Shown piece after piece: positions 34,820-44,471 of a stretch of DNA of 64,000 bases. Under the pieces are notes generated by a model, which made no database searches, was not told the DNA's origin, and saw nothing but the letters and a program-made list of their open reading frames with translations. Source of the stretch: Thermodesulfobacteriota bacterium (GTDB lineage: Bacteria > Desulfobacterota > Binatia > Bin18); contig OZ219926.1 of NCBI GenBank assembly GCA_964291405.2, forward strand, positions 4,257,958-4,321,957, in the 5' to 3' direction. Positions within the stretch are counted from its first letter, which is position 1; the number at the start of each line of letters is the position of its first letter. The translations under genes were made by a program, and so were the position numbers.

Positions 34820-36547
34820 ATGAACACGGCAAATCATGAGCGAGAAAAAATCATTTTGGCGGCGGTGTCGGGAGTCTCTATGTTAATGGCAAGATTGATC
34901 GTATGGCTGTTGGTAACCTTGCTCAGCATCTCCAGTCACAGCGCTTGGGCACAGAGTGAGCCTGACCACCACGCTTCCCCAGCAACTACCGCAGCTACCT
35001 CGCCCGAGCAGCTCGGGGAGGTTCACTTTCGCGTCTCGTGCAATGTTGTTGCGCAACAGGAGTTCAATCGGGCGATGGCGATGTTTCACTCCTTCTGGTT
35101 CGAACCGGCGAAGCACTCCTTCACCAAGGTCCTGGAACACGACCCCGAGTGCGGGATGGCGTATTGGGGCATTGCCATCATGTCGATGGGCAATCCTTTC
35201 GGCTGGTCCATCAATACGAACGCGCCGAAGGCAGGGGAAGCGGCCATGGCGGAGGCACTGCGCGTGAGCGCCAAGAGCGAGCGTGAACGCGACTATATTG
35301 CGGCGCTGGCCACGCTCTTTACAGAATGGCAGACGGTGGACTATCGGTCGCGAGTGCTGGCCTTCGAAAAGGGCATGGAGGGTGTGGCGACACGCTATCC
35401 CGAGGATGACGAGGCGCAGATCTTGTACGCGCTCGTGCTCAACATGACCGCCGTGCCTACCGACAAAACCTTCGCTCACCAGCTTAAGGCCGCAAGCATC
35501 CTGGAGCCCTTGTTCAAGCAACACCCACACCATCCGGGTATTGCCCACTACCTGATCCACACATACGACTATGCCGGGCTGGCTGAGAAGGGGCTGCCCG
35601 CTGCCCGCGTCTACGCCACCGTCGCGCCTTCAGTGCCACACGCGTTGCATATGCCCTCACATATTTTCAGCCGGGTTGGTCTCTGGCCGGAAATGGTCGA
35701 GAGCAATCGTGCTTCGTACCGTGCGGCGAAGAATCAACTCTCCGGGCAAACCCTTGGGCTCGGCTCATACGATGCGCTACATGCCATGGATTACATGGTG
35801 TTTGGCCATCTTCAGCAAGCGCAGGATAAGGCGGCGAAGCGCCTGGTGGATGAGGTTGCGGCGATACGCAAGGTCAAGGTGGAAGACTTTTCGGCCGCCT
35901 ACGCCTTTGCCGCGATTCCCTCTCGCTATGCGTTAGAGCGCGGCGATTGGCAGCAGGCAGCGGCGCTCCAACTCAGCCCACGCGAGATGGCTTGGGACAA
36001 GTTCCCTCATGCGGAGGCCATTCTAGTCTTTGCTCGCGGCTTGGGTGCGGCGCGCAGTGGAGAGGTTACGGCGGCGCGCAAGGATGTGGAGCGATTGCAG
36101 GCGCTTAAGGACGTAATGACGGCAGCCAAGATCGACTACTGGGCGAACCAGACGGACTTTCAAATCAAGACGATTCTTGCCTGGACCGCCCTGGCGGAGA
36201 AGCGTGATGAGGAAGCGATTCAGTTAATGCGCACCGCCGCCGAAGCAGAAGAGGCCAGTGATAAAGCGCCGGTGACTCCGGGGAATGTTGTCCCTTTACG
36301 GGGACTGCTGGGCGAGATGCTCTTAGCGCTCAACCAACCGGCGCAAGCGTTCACCGAATTCGAGCGCTCCTTGCAACGTGACCCTAACCGTTTCCGAGTC
36401 GTGTACAGTGCCAGTCGCGCTGCCGAAGCAGCCGGCAACCGCCAGGCGGCCCGCGAGCATTACGCCAAGTTGCAGACGCTGGCCGCTGATCATGATACCG
36501 AACGTCCGGAACTCGCGCAGGCCACCGCATTTCTGGCAAAGCCATGA
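34820..36547 (+). CDS. secreted TPR-like helical-repeat protein, function unknown
   Basis: Signal-like MLMARLIVWLLVTLLSISSHSAWA. Long all-alpha repeat text (FNRAMAMFHSFWFEPAKHSFTKVLEHDPECGMAYWGIA...). 575 aa. Confidence 0.55.
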   Translation: MNTANHEREKIILAAVSGVSMLMARLIVWLLVTLLSISSHSAWAQSEPDHHASPATTAATSPEQLGEVHFRVSCNVVAQQEFNRAMAMFHSFWFEPAKHSFTKVLEHDPECGMAYWGIAIMSMGNPFGWSINTNAPKAGEAAMAEALRVSAKSERERDYIAALATLFTEWQTVDYRSRVLAFEKGMEGVATRYPEDDEAQILYALVLNMTAVPTDKTFAHQLKAASILEPLFKQHPHHPGIAHYLIHTYDYAGLAEKGLPAARVYATVAPSVPHALHMPSHIFSRVGLWPEMVESNRASYRAAKNQLSGQTLGLGSYDALHAMDYMVFGHLQQAQDKAAKRLVDEVAAIRKVKVEDFSAAYAFAAIPSRYALERGDWQQAAALQLSPREMAWDKFPHAEAILVFARGLGAARSGEVTAARKDVERLQALKDVMTAAKIDYWANQTDFQIKTILAWTALAEKRDEEAIQLMRTAAEAEEASDKAPVTPGNVVPLRGLLGEMLLALNQPAQAFTEFERSLQRDPNRFRVVYSASRAAEAAGNRQAAREHYAKLQTLAADHDTERPELAQATAFLAKP

Positions 36548-36681
36548 TTATGAGTGGCCCAGATCGTGGAGCAAGCGGGATCTGGATGGGGTGAAATCGA
36601 GGAATAGACGCAGGCGCGTTTCTTCAATGTCCATCCCGCCATCGTCTCGCGCCTGATGGCGCGGGAACGAAGAGAAGCTTA

Positions 36682-37917
36682 ATGCGGAGCCTTACGGCGC
36701 GCCTGCGGTGTCGCCTCGTGAAGGGACTACGGAAGTCTGTGGGATGCGTCAGCGTCACCGCCGTACTGGTGCATGCGCTCGGCGCGATGAGCACCGCCTA
36801 CTCGTTTTGGGACCCTGAAAAAGAGCCCCCCGGAGGGGCATTTAAGGGATTCCAAGTGCAGAATCCCTTGTTCCATCCGGGCCTGGTGGACTTTCATCAA
36901 CGAGTGAACGACGGTGGCGAGACGACGAAGCTCGCGCTGTGGACTCCGGTCTTTCGCGGCGGTGTGGGCCGCATCGATCTGAAACATGGGCCACCCCTCA
37001 CCTATGGGGGCGGATTCCTTCGTGCGTTGGCCGCCGCTCCAGACGCGGGCGATCTCATTCTCGCTGCTCAGACTGTCAGTGGCACGGGAGTGGAGGCGTG
37101 GGAAGCCCAGGGTGAATACCGCCTCCCCACCGGCGTCCTGCTTCCTGGCTCGCTTGGAGTTGGTGGCGGCTATGTCTCACAAGATCGCTTCGGCCCCGAT
37201 ATGTGGTTTGCCAAGCTCTCGTATCGCGACGCACTGGAGTATGGGTGGCAAACGATTGCCTCGGCACAACTCCAAGAGGTTGGACAGAGAACCTCGCCTG
37301 GTGGCTACCTCGCCCTGTACAACACTCGCCTGATGTTCACGGGCGGCACGGACGGTGAGCAATGGCGCACTACGGTAGGCTACGTTCACCCCGCGACAGG
37401 CAGACAATTCCGTCCGGCATTTGAATTCTTCTACGTGGATGAGACGATTGGCGATGGCAATGGTGGGAAGTTCCTACTGGCGACCGCGACGCTGGGCTAC
37501 GAAGGGTGGGGCTTTCTCAGCCACGACAGCCGACTTGGTCGGGCCTTAGGCCCTCAAGGACTGGCATTCACCAACCCCAACGGATTTCTGCAACCCATGT
37601 GGAATCGTTTGTTCGACGTGACCGAGGTGGGGGGACTGCTGAATGGCCGCGTGACGGAGATTCGCGACGCGGCTGGAATCACCAACCGCGAGTGGCAACT
37701 GATTGGGTTTCCATTCCAGTTCGCTTCGGGAAGAAGCTGGTACGATTGGCTTTTCATTGGCGGTGGCCTTCGTCAGATGACGAGACAGCCGGATGCGCCC
37801 TATCTCATCGGCGGGGCGATCGGCCGACTCGGAGCGGTTCGCACCTTAGCCGGGGGGCATTGGGATTTTGAGAGGGACGAAGCCCGACTCCTCCTGACTG
37901 TCCAATATTTTCTTTAG
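36682..37917 (+). CDS. hypothetical exported protein, possibly beta-barrel outer-membrane protein
   Basis: 411 aa with a hydrophobic N-terminal segment, Gly/aromatic-rich alternating text and a C-terminal ...LLLTVQYFL. No family recognised. Confidence 0.35.
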   Translation: MRSLTARLRCRLVKGLRKSVGCVSVTAVLVHALGAMSTAYSFWDPEKEPPGGAFKGFQVQNPLFHPGLVDFHQRVNDGGETTKLALWTPVFRGGVGRIDLKHGPPLTYGGGFLRALAAAPDAGDLILAAQTVSGTGVEAWEAQGEYRLPTGVLLPGSLGVGGGYVSQDRFGPDMWFAKLSYRDALEYGWQTIASAQLQEVGQRTSPGGYLALYNTRLMFTGGTDGEQWRTTVGYVHPATGRQFRPAFEFFYVDETIGDGNGGKFLLATATLGYEGWGFLSHDSRLGRALGPQGLAFTNPNGFLQPMWNRLFDVTEVGGLLNGRVTEIRDAAGITNREWQLIGFPFQFASGRSWYDWLFIGGGLRQMTRQPDAPYLIGGAIGRLGAVRTLAGGHWDFERDEARLLLTVQYFL

Positions 37918-38333
37918 GTTCCTCTTTTGCCGTATCGAGAGCACGAGGCAATGGCTGAAAATTCCTGTGATACTGTTGGTCAATGTTCGCCAAACCGTAG
38001 GTTTCTGTGCAAATGCCCCCGCTGGTCCATTTGGGGGGACAGGCGTGGTGTGAGGATGCTATGGGCGCTTCTGGATACATACCGTGCGCAGGAAGAAGGG
38101 ACGACGCAGAGAACTCCGCCACGGATAGAGGAAGGGAAAGTGGAGTGTGTAGTGGAGGACTTCCCCATGCCAGGACAGGCCACCACTCTGGCGTGGCAAC
38201 AGAGTAGCCAGAATTTCGTCATTACCGACGTGGAGTAAAAAGATATAGGCGGTAGGCTTAGACAATGCTTGGTTTCTCTTGATTGCAATGCAATCGTATC
38301 GTAATCTCTGCCTAATCCAATTGGAGGGGTGAC

Positions 38334-38600
38334 ATGGCCAGCATTACGATTCGCAATCTCGAAGACGAGCTAAAACGCCAGCTCAGAATCCAGGCAGCGC
38401 GGCACGGCCAATCAATGGAAGAGAAAGCTCTGGCCTTGAGGCTCCGGGCGAAAACCGATAGGTGTCCACGTAGCCCGCAGAAGCGGGAGCTGAAGGAGGA
38501 AGCCTATGAAAGCCGGAGTCTTTATGATGCCCTCACACCCACCCGAAAGGGACCTCTACGAGGGCCATGCCTGGGACCTGCAACACCTGGAGTTTGTTGA
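38334..38600 (+). pseudogene. FitA/VapB-like (Arc/MetJ RHH) antitoxin stub without a toxin
   Basis: MASITIRNLEDELKRQLRIQAARHGQSMEEKA matches the N-terminus of FitA-type antitoxins. The text then degenerates and the ORF overlaps the next gene by 95 nt. No PIN gene follows. Confidence 0.5.
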
Positions 38601-39582
38601 TCGCGTCGGCTTTCACGAGGCATGGATAGGCGAACATTTCACCGCCCCCTGGGAACCCAACCCCGCCCCGGATTTGCTCATTGCCCAGGCCCTCCTGCGC
38701 ACCCAGCGCATAAAACTCTGTCCCGGCGCTCATCTCCTGCCGTATCATCATCCGGTTGAGCTGGCCCACCGGGTGGCTTTTCTGGACCATATGGCCCAGG
38801 GCCGCTTCATGCTGGGGGTCGGAACGAGTGGCCTGCCGAGCGATTGGAAGCTGTTCAATGTGGACGGTGCGGCCGGAGAAAATCGGCGTATGACGCTGGA
38901 GGCGCTCAATATCATGCTCCGGCTGTGGCAGAGCGAAGAGCCGTTTGAATATCAGGGTGAGTTCTGGTCGTTCAACCGTATTGACACCATGCTCGACTCC
39001 CTCAAGTTTCACCTCAAACCTTTCCAAAGCCCTCACCCGCCGATCGGTATCGCCGGCCTCACCCCAGGTTCGGATACCCTGAAATTCGCTGGTGAGAACG
39101 GCTTCCTGCCCCTCAGCATTGCGCTGAGCAACAGCTATCTCAACACCCATTGGCAGGCCGTGGTCGAAGGCGCCGAGCGGTCCGGCGTCACGCCATCCCG
39201 TAGCGACTGGCGCATCTCGCGCGAGGTCTATATCGCCGAGACCGACCAAGAGGCGCGCGAGCAAGCCCTGAACGGCATGCTGGGCCGGGTGTGGGGCGAG
39301 TATTTGCTGCCGCTCTTCAAGTCGTTCGAGATGATGAGCCTGTTCAAGCACCACCCCGAAGTCCCGGATTCCGACGTGACCCTGGAATACCTGGCCGACT
39401 ATGTGTGGCTGGTTGGCTCGCCGCAAACCGTGACCCAAAAGCTGAGCGATATGTACGAACAAACCGGCGGCTTCGGTTGCCTGCTGGCCCTGACCTTCGA
39501 CCAGTCGGAAAACAACGAAGCCTGGGAGAACTCGCAGCGCATGCTGATTGAAGACGTGCTGCCCCACTTTGCAGACGCGTAA
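38506..39582 (+). CDS. LLM-class flavin-dependent monooxygenase
   Basis: GFHEAWIGEHFTAPWEP, GRFMLGVGTSG and PHPPIGIAG; 358 aa. Confidence 0.85.
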   Translation: MKAGVFMMPSHPPERDLYEGHAWDLQHLEFVDRVGFHEAWIGEHFTAPWEPNPAPDLLIAQALLRTQRIKLCPGAHLLPYHHPVELAHRVAFLDHMAQGRFMLGVGTSGLPSDWKLFNVDGAAGENRRMTLEALNIMLRLWQSEEPFEYQGEFWSFNRIDTMLDSLKFHLKPFQSPHPPIGIAGLTPGSDTLKFAGENGFLPLSIALSNSYLNTHWQAVVEGAERSGVTPSRSDWRISREVYIAETDQEAREQALNGMLGRVWGEYLLPLFKSFEMMSLFKHHPEVPDSDVTLEYLADYVWLVGSPQTVTQKLSDMYEQTGGFGCLLALTFDQSENNEAWENSQRMLIEDVLPHFADA

Positions 39583-39610
39583 CTGAAGCTCGCGGAGAGA
39601 ACCCAAAAGA

Positions 39611-40477
39611 ATGGTGGCCGCTTCGCAAACTGACCCGACCCCGACGATCGACTCGCAGGTCCATGCCTATGAACGTGACCACCCGGAGCGGCCGTGGAGG
39701 AGGACATTGCCCGGCCCATCCGAGGTTACGGGTGATGACATGGTTGCCGCGATGGATGCCGTTGGTGTTGACGGGTCCCTGTTGGTCTCGCCGTGGACCC
39801 TGTACCGTTTCGATGCGAGTTATGTGCTTGAAGTGTATGCCAGGCATCCCGGCCGGTTCGGCCTGATCAAACCGTTCGATCCCCGGATAGAAACCGTTAG
39901 CGACGAGATTGCCGAATGGGCGGCAAGGCCGGGGGTGGTTGGAGCGCGCATCATGCTGATGGGTGACGCGGCCGCTGACGATCCGGGTCTGAACCGGATA
40001 TTGGCGGCTGGTGCGCGGCACGGCCTCCCGGTGAACGTGCTGTGTTGGGGAAAACTCCCGCTCTTGGGTGAACTGGCTCGCAGGAACCCGAACACTCAGG
40101 TGGTCGTGGATCACGTGGGCCTCCGGCAGCCCTTCCAGCCTCCTGCTCTGCCAGAGCCCTTTGCCGATCTCGGCAAGGTCATCGCCCTTGCCGAGCATGA
40201 CAATGTCGCCATCAAGATTTCCGGGGCGTGCACCCTGTCGCACGAGCCATTTCCCTACGCCGACATCTGGGAGCCCCTGGGACAGATCTTCGAGGCGTAC
40301 GGCTTTGAGCGCTGCCTGTGGGGCACGGACTGGACCCGGGCGGTCGGGTTGCTGACCTACGAGCAAGGTGTCGAGGCGTTCCGGGTCACCGACCAGTTGT
40401 CCGACTCCGAGCGAGCCGCGCTCATGGGCGGCAGCCTCGCCCGCATCTATAACTGGTCGCCCACGGTTGCACGCTGA
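39611..40477 (+). CDS. amidohydrolase_2 family (LigI / decarboxylase-type metal hydrolase)
   Basis: IDSQVHAYE, VVVDHVG, AIKISG and LWGTDWT; 288 aa. Confidence 0.8.
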   Translation: MVAASQTDPTPTIDSQVHAYERDHPERPWRRTLPGPSEVTGDDMVAAMDAVGVDGSLLVSPWTLYRFDASYVLEVYARHPGRFGLIKPFDPRIETVSDEIAEWAARPGVVGARIMLMGDAAADDPGLNRILAAGARHGLPVNVLCWGKLPLLGELARRNPNTQVVVDHVGLRQPFQPPALPEPFADLGKVIALAEHDNVAIKISGACTLSHEPFPYADIWEPLGQIFEAYGFERCLWGTDWTRAVGLLTYEQGVEAFRVTDQLSDSERAALMGGSLARIYNWSPTVAR

Positions 40478-40529
40478 TCAGCCCCATTACGCATACTCTG
40501 GAAAACCATTCCAAAGAAAAGGAGAAGAT

Positions 40530-41384
40530 ATGGCAGAAGACAGTACGTACACACCGCCGAAAGTCTGGCAGTGGGACAAAGAAAGTGGAGGGCGTTTTGC
40601 AAACATCAACAGACCTATCGCAGGCGCGACGCACGACAAAGAACTGCCTGTAGGTGAACACGACCTGCAGCTCTATTCGCTTGCCACGCCCAATGGCGTC
40701 AAGGTGACCGTCCTGCTGGAGGAACTCCTTGAACTCGGTATCAAGGCGGCCGAGTACGATGCCTACCTGATCGACATCAGTGAGGGTGAGCAGTTCAGCA
40801 GTGGTTTTGTGGCCATCAACCCAAATTCCAAAATCCCGGCGTTGCTTGACCGCAGCACCACCCCCCCGACCCGAGTCTTTGAGTCCGGCGCCATGCTCGT
40901 CTATCTGGCGGAAAAATTCGGCGCTTTCCTGCCGACCGAGCCTTCAGTCCGCGCAGAATGTTTGTCGTGGCTGTTCTTTCAGATGGGCAGCGCTCCCTAC
41001 ATAGGCGGCGGGTTTGGGCATTTTTATGCCTACGCGCCGGAAAGGTTCGAGTATCCCATCAATCGCTTCGCCATGGAGACAAAACGCCTCCTCGATGTGT
41101 TGAATCGCCATCTCAGCGACCATCAGTATTTGTGTGGCGACGAGTATACGATCGCGGACATTGCGAACTACGCCTGGTATGGTGCCTTAGTAGGACAGAA
41201 TATCTATGAAGCCGCAGAGTTTCTTGACGTTCAATCGTACACGCATGTGATCCGATGGACGAAAGAAATTGAAGCCCGGCCCGCCGTCCAACGCGGCCGT
41301 CGCGTGAACAAATCCTGGGGACCAGAGGAAGAGCGGCTCATCGAACGACACAGTGCCAGCGATTTCGATGCGCCGGCTGGCTAA
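40530..41384 (+). CDS. yghU: Nu-class glutathione S-transferase (YghU-like)
   Basis: YTPPKVWQWDKESGGRFANINRPIAGATHDKELPVGEHDLQLYSLATPNGVKVTVLLEELL, SKIPALLD, ESGAMLVYLAEKFG and GGGFGHFYAYAP. ATG 40530 is preceded by AAGGAGAAG. Confidence 0.88.
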   Translation: MAEDSTYTPPKVWQWDKESGGRFANINRPIAGATHDKELPVGEHDLQLYSLATPNGVKVTVLLEELLELGIKAAEYDAYLIDISEGEQFSSGFVAINPNSKIPALLDRSTTPPTRVFESGAMLVYLAEKFGAFLPTEPSVRAECLSWLFFQMGSAPYIGGGFGHFYAYAPERFEYPINRFAMETKRLLDVLNRHLSDHQYLCGDEYTIADIANYAWYGALVGQNIYEAAEFLDVQSYTHVIRWTKEIEARPAVQRGRRVNKSWGPEEERLIERHSASDFDAPAG

Positions 41385-41472
41385 TACTCAATCGCTACTC
41401 AAGGGTGCCCTGGGGAGGGGCACCCACACCAGTCCTCAGGGCAGCGAATCTAGTAAAAAGGAGGGGAGCCGC

Positions 41473-42306
41473 ATGAGCGCGAAGACTGACGAACGACCGA
41501 ACGCACGAGAGAGGGAACAACGCCTGGGGTTTGTGAGCCGGCCGCGGTTCGAGGACTACCAGGAGAAATACGCCACGTACTTTAACATGGAGCGCCGCGA
41601 CGGCATCCTCCAGGTGCACATGCACACCGAGGGAGGACCCGTCATATACGGCCTGCCGATTCACAACGCCTGGTCCCAGCTGTGGCTCGACATCGGCAAC
41701 GACCCCGACAACGAGGTGCTGATCTTCAGCGGCACCGGGGATAAGTGGATTGCTGGCTTTGACCCGGAAATGTCCAAACTGCCCTTCCATGAGATGTCCG
41801 CGGATGTGTTCTACGATCAGATCTACGCGGACGCGACCAAGCTGCTAGAGGCATTTATCTTCAATATCGATATTCCTACGATTGCCTGCATCAATGGCTC
41901 AGGTTTGCACACGGAATTCGCCCTGTTATGCGACATTACGCTGTGCGCGGAGCACGCCGAGCTGTTCGATCCGCACTTCAAGTTCAACCTGGTGCCTGGG
42001 GACGGCCAGGGCTTGACGTTCCAAGAGTTGATGGGGCTGAAGCGCGCTGCGTACTTTCTGTACACCAGTGACACGATTGACGCGCAGACGGCCAAGGAAC
42101 TGGGCCTCGTCAACGAGGTGCTGCCGCTCGACCGGCTGCTGCCACGGGCATGGGAGATTGCCGAAAAGGTTATGCAGAAGCCGCGTGCGATCCGGCGTAT
42201 GACGAGTGCGGTGTTGCGGCGACAGTGGAAGCAGCGGTTGGTGCAGGATCTGGGGTTCCATATTGCGCATGAACTGCTCGGCATGCACCTCAACAAACCG
42301 GAGTAG
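41473..42306 (+). CDS. enoyl-CoA hydratase/isomerase (crotonase) superfamily protein
   Basis: DGILQVHMHTEGGPVIYGLPIHNAWSQLWLDIGNDPDNEVLIFSGTGDKWIAGFD and PTIACINGSGL. ATG 41473 is preceded by AGGAGGGGAG. Confidence 0.75.
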   Translation: MSAKTDERPNAREREQRLGFVSRPRFEDYQEKYATYFNMERRDGILQVHMHTEGGPVIYGLPIHNAWSQLWLDIGNDPDNEVLIFSGTGDKWIAGFDPEMSKLPFHEMSADVFYDQIYADATKLLEAFIFNIDIPTIACINGSGLHTEFALLCDITLCAEHAELFDPHFKFNLVPGDGQGLTFQELMGLKRAAYFLYTSDTIDAQTAKELGLVNEVLPLDRLLPRAWEIAEKVMQKPRAIRRMTSAVLRRQWKQRLVQDLGFHIAHELLGMHLNKPE

Positions 42307-42338
42307 CCCACGCAACTCAGGTCCTGGGGAGGACCGGT

Positions 42339-43211
42339 ATGCAGCGAGGGCACAGAAGTGTCACAGCAGAATTTTCCGCTGTATTACGTGCCATTCACAT
42401 GGTGCTGGATCCGAAACCCAGTATCTTCGTTGATCGTGTTGCCCGGCCGCTGCTGAAGCTCGACCGGCAGATGTTAGAGACGGCTCTTCAAGGACAGCTG
42501 GCCACAGCGGCACACTATGGCGACTCGCAGTCCGCCGTGCGGATCGCCGCAAGTCTGCGCATGTTCACCGTACTGCGCTCACGCTTCACCAGAGATGCAT
42601 TTTTTGAGAGCGGCCTCAAACAGATTGCGCTGCTCGGGGCCGGTTTGGACCTGTCACTTGCCTTCGAGGCAGACGTTCCAGTCTTTGCCGTAGATCATCC
42701 AGATACGTCGAGATGGACCCGCAGCCTTTTTGCCGATGCTGATTTACCGACCGACAAAAATTTGCACTTCGTCGAGATGGACTTTGCCGAGGGACCGGAG
42801 GTACTGTTACCAACGCTCGCGGAGTATGGGTTTCATCCGGACAACCCCGCTTTCTTTGTGTGGCTTGGCGTCCAGCCCTACCTCACTATTGAACGCGTCC
42901 TTGAGACAGCCCGCGTCCTGGGGAGCTGTCCAGCCGGGACACAACTCGTTACCGACTTTCTGACACCGGATACGAGCTGGAGTGGAATCGGCGAGCGCGC
43001 CGGGAAACTGCTGCAGGACTCACCGCACCGCGAGCTGGAACCATTTAAGAGTTATTCGGATCCCGCAACACTCAAGAAACAGTTGTTGGCATATAGCTTC
43101 ACGACGGTGCGAAGCATCGAGGCAGACGAGGTAAACGCTCTGTACTGTTGTGAACGGACCGATGGGCTGCGTTACCCAAATTGCGCAGCGATGGTGCTTG
43201 CTACAGTGTGA
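42339..43211 (+). CDS. class I SAM-dependent methyltransferase (TIGR00027 / LCMT-like)
   Basis: IALLGAGLDLSLAFEADVPVFAVDHPDTSRW and FVWLGVQPYLTIERV. Confidence 0.7.
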   Translation: MQRGHRSVTAEFSAVLRAIHMVLDPKPSIFVDRVARPLLKLDRQMLETALQGQLATAAHYGDSQSAVRIAASLRMFTVLRSRFTRDAFFESGLKQIALLGAGLDLSLAFEADVPVFAVDHPDTSRWTRSLFADADLPTDKNLHFVEMDFAEGPEVLLPTLAEYGFHPDNPAFFVWLGVQPYLTIERVLETARVLGSCPAGTQLVTDFLTPDTSWSGIGERAGKLLQDSPHRELEPFKSYSDPATLKKQLLAYSFTTVRSIEADEVNALYCCERTDGLRYPNCAAMVLATV

Positions 43212-43229
43212 CGACCGACCTCAGTTCAC

Positions 43230-44447
43230 TCAGGTCTGGGAAATCCAGCTCGGCTCAATGACTGGAGCGACGCGGAGTTCAGGTGGAATGTTCTCAATCC
43301 CGATGATCTCATCGACAGCTTGATGCCAGTGATACAGGCGTGCTTCTTGGTAGTTCAACGGCACGCCATCAAAGGCGTAGGACTCGACTCCCTTCTGAAT
43401 GCCGTTACCAAACTGCTGGTCCTCTCCGACAATGTCATTGAAATAGTCGATATAGGTGTCCCATGTGCTCGGCTTCGGTGCGTCGCCCCAATCCTCTCCA
43501 AACCATGAAAGCTCAAGCGTGGTGGTGTTGATGCTGGTTGGCCAGAAGGCAAAAATCGGCAGCCCCTTTTCGTTCATGGGCGAAACAAGGTTGGGTACGA
43601 TATTAAAGGATACCACGCAGGTCCGTGGGATCTCACCAACGGTTTCAATATCCGGGCGATCCTCGATGATCTCGGCCGTTTCCGTATGGTTCTGTGCTTT
43701 GAGGGGCGCTATCATACGCCCGTGCCCACCCGGGTAGAGCGTATTCACGTTGCCGCGATGATCCAGCAGCGGCGAGACGGTCTCCGGGTGAATCGACCGG
43801 ACATGATAGACCTCCATGTTGGATTCCATGGCGATCTTCCAGTTGCAGTTCAGGCTAAACGTATCTTTCTGCACAAAACGCAAGCGCTCAAACTGAAACT
43901 GCTCCCACTGCGGGAGCAGCGGCGCCAGCGCGTGTGTCAGCGGAGGAGCGTCCGGGTCAAAGTTGGCAAACAGAAACTTGCCCAAGCGTTCGAGACGGAC
44001 GGAATACAGCGAACGACAGGAAAAATCGAGACCCACAAAATCGCGCTTATCACGGAGATTAATCAGTTCGCCGTCATGATTATAGGTCCAGCCGTGATAG
44101 CCACAGGTGAAGCGGTCGACTTTGCCTGTGGCCTCGCGTACGAGCGGTGCCCCCCGGTGGCGGCAGGTATTGTAATACGCACGCACGTCGCCAGTCCGGG
44201 TATGGAGAAGGACAACCGGCTGTCCGGCCGTTTCCCATAGCTTAAAACAGCCCGGCTCTGGTATTTCATCCATATGTCCGGCCAACAGCCAGGATTTCCG
44301 CCACAAGTGCTGTTTTTCCAGGTCATAAAAACGCTGATCGGTGTAACGTTTACCGGGCAGGTCTGGGAACTGTGGAAAGCCCTCGGGTGGACCTTTGCGG
44401 CCGGTTTCGTAACGGATCTGCGTGCGGATTGATCGGGTGTCTTCCAT
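43230..44447 (-). CDS. Rieske [2Fe-2S] aromatic ring-hydroxylating oxygenase, alpha subunit
   Basis: CRHRGAPL...CGYHGWTY Rieske motif, and a catalytic domain with NMEVYHVRSIHPETV; 405 aa. No beta subunit, ferredoxin or reductase is adjacent. Confidence 0.88.
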   Translation of the reverse strand: MEDTRSIRTQIRYETGRKGPPEGFPQFPDLPGKRYTDQRFYDLEKQHLWRKSWLLAGHMDEIPEPGCFKLWETAGQPVVLLHTRTGDVRAYYNTCRHRGAPLVREATGKVDRFTCGYHGWTYNHDGELINLRDKRDFVGLDFSCRSLYSVRLERLGKFLFANFDPDAPPLTHALAPLLPQWEQFQFERLRFVQKDTFSLNCNWKIAMESNMEVYHVRSIHPETVSPLLDHRGNVNTLYPGGHGRMIAPLKAQNHTETAEIIEDRPDIETVGEIPRTCVVSFNIVPNLVSPMNEKGLPIFAFWPTSINTTTLELSWFGEDWGDAPKPSTWDTYIDYFNDIVGEDQQFGNGIQKGVESYAFDGVPLNYQEARLYHWHQAVDEIIGIENIPPELRVAPVIEPSWISQT

Positions 44448-44471
44448 GGCGTCTCTCTGTGAGATGTTCTT

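Noticed and set aside
37918-38333. ORFs in the 416-bp gap after the exported-protein gene (37927..38238 plus, 37980..38288 minus, 38059..38265 minus)
   Set aside because: They are mutually overlapping, have no motif I recognise and lack convincing RBS or start context. The region is left unannotated. It could hold a degraded gene or an RNA.
38533-40366. Very long antisense ORFs (38533..39606 minus, 357 aa; 39344..40366 minus, 340 aa)
   Set aside because: They are opposite well-supported LLM and amidohydrolase genes, with low-complexity Arg/Gly/Pro/Ala composition and no motifs. This is a typical GC-rich shadow ORF. The same reasoning applies to 14661..15608, 25661..26545, 29449..30339, 30296..31213, 49197..49985, 50701..51531, 58701..59459, 62242..62826 and 8166..8813.
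41403-41425. Hairpin GGGTGCCC-N7-GGGCACCC between yghU and the crotonase gene
   Set aside because: It has only an 8-bp stem and no T-tract, so the evidence for a terminator or a repeat family is insufficient.
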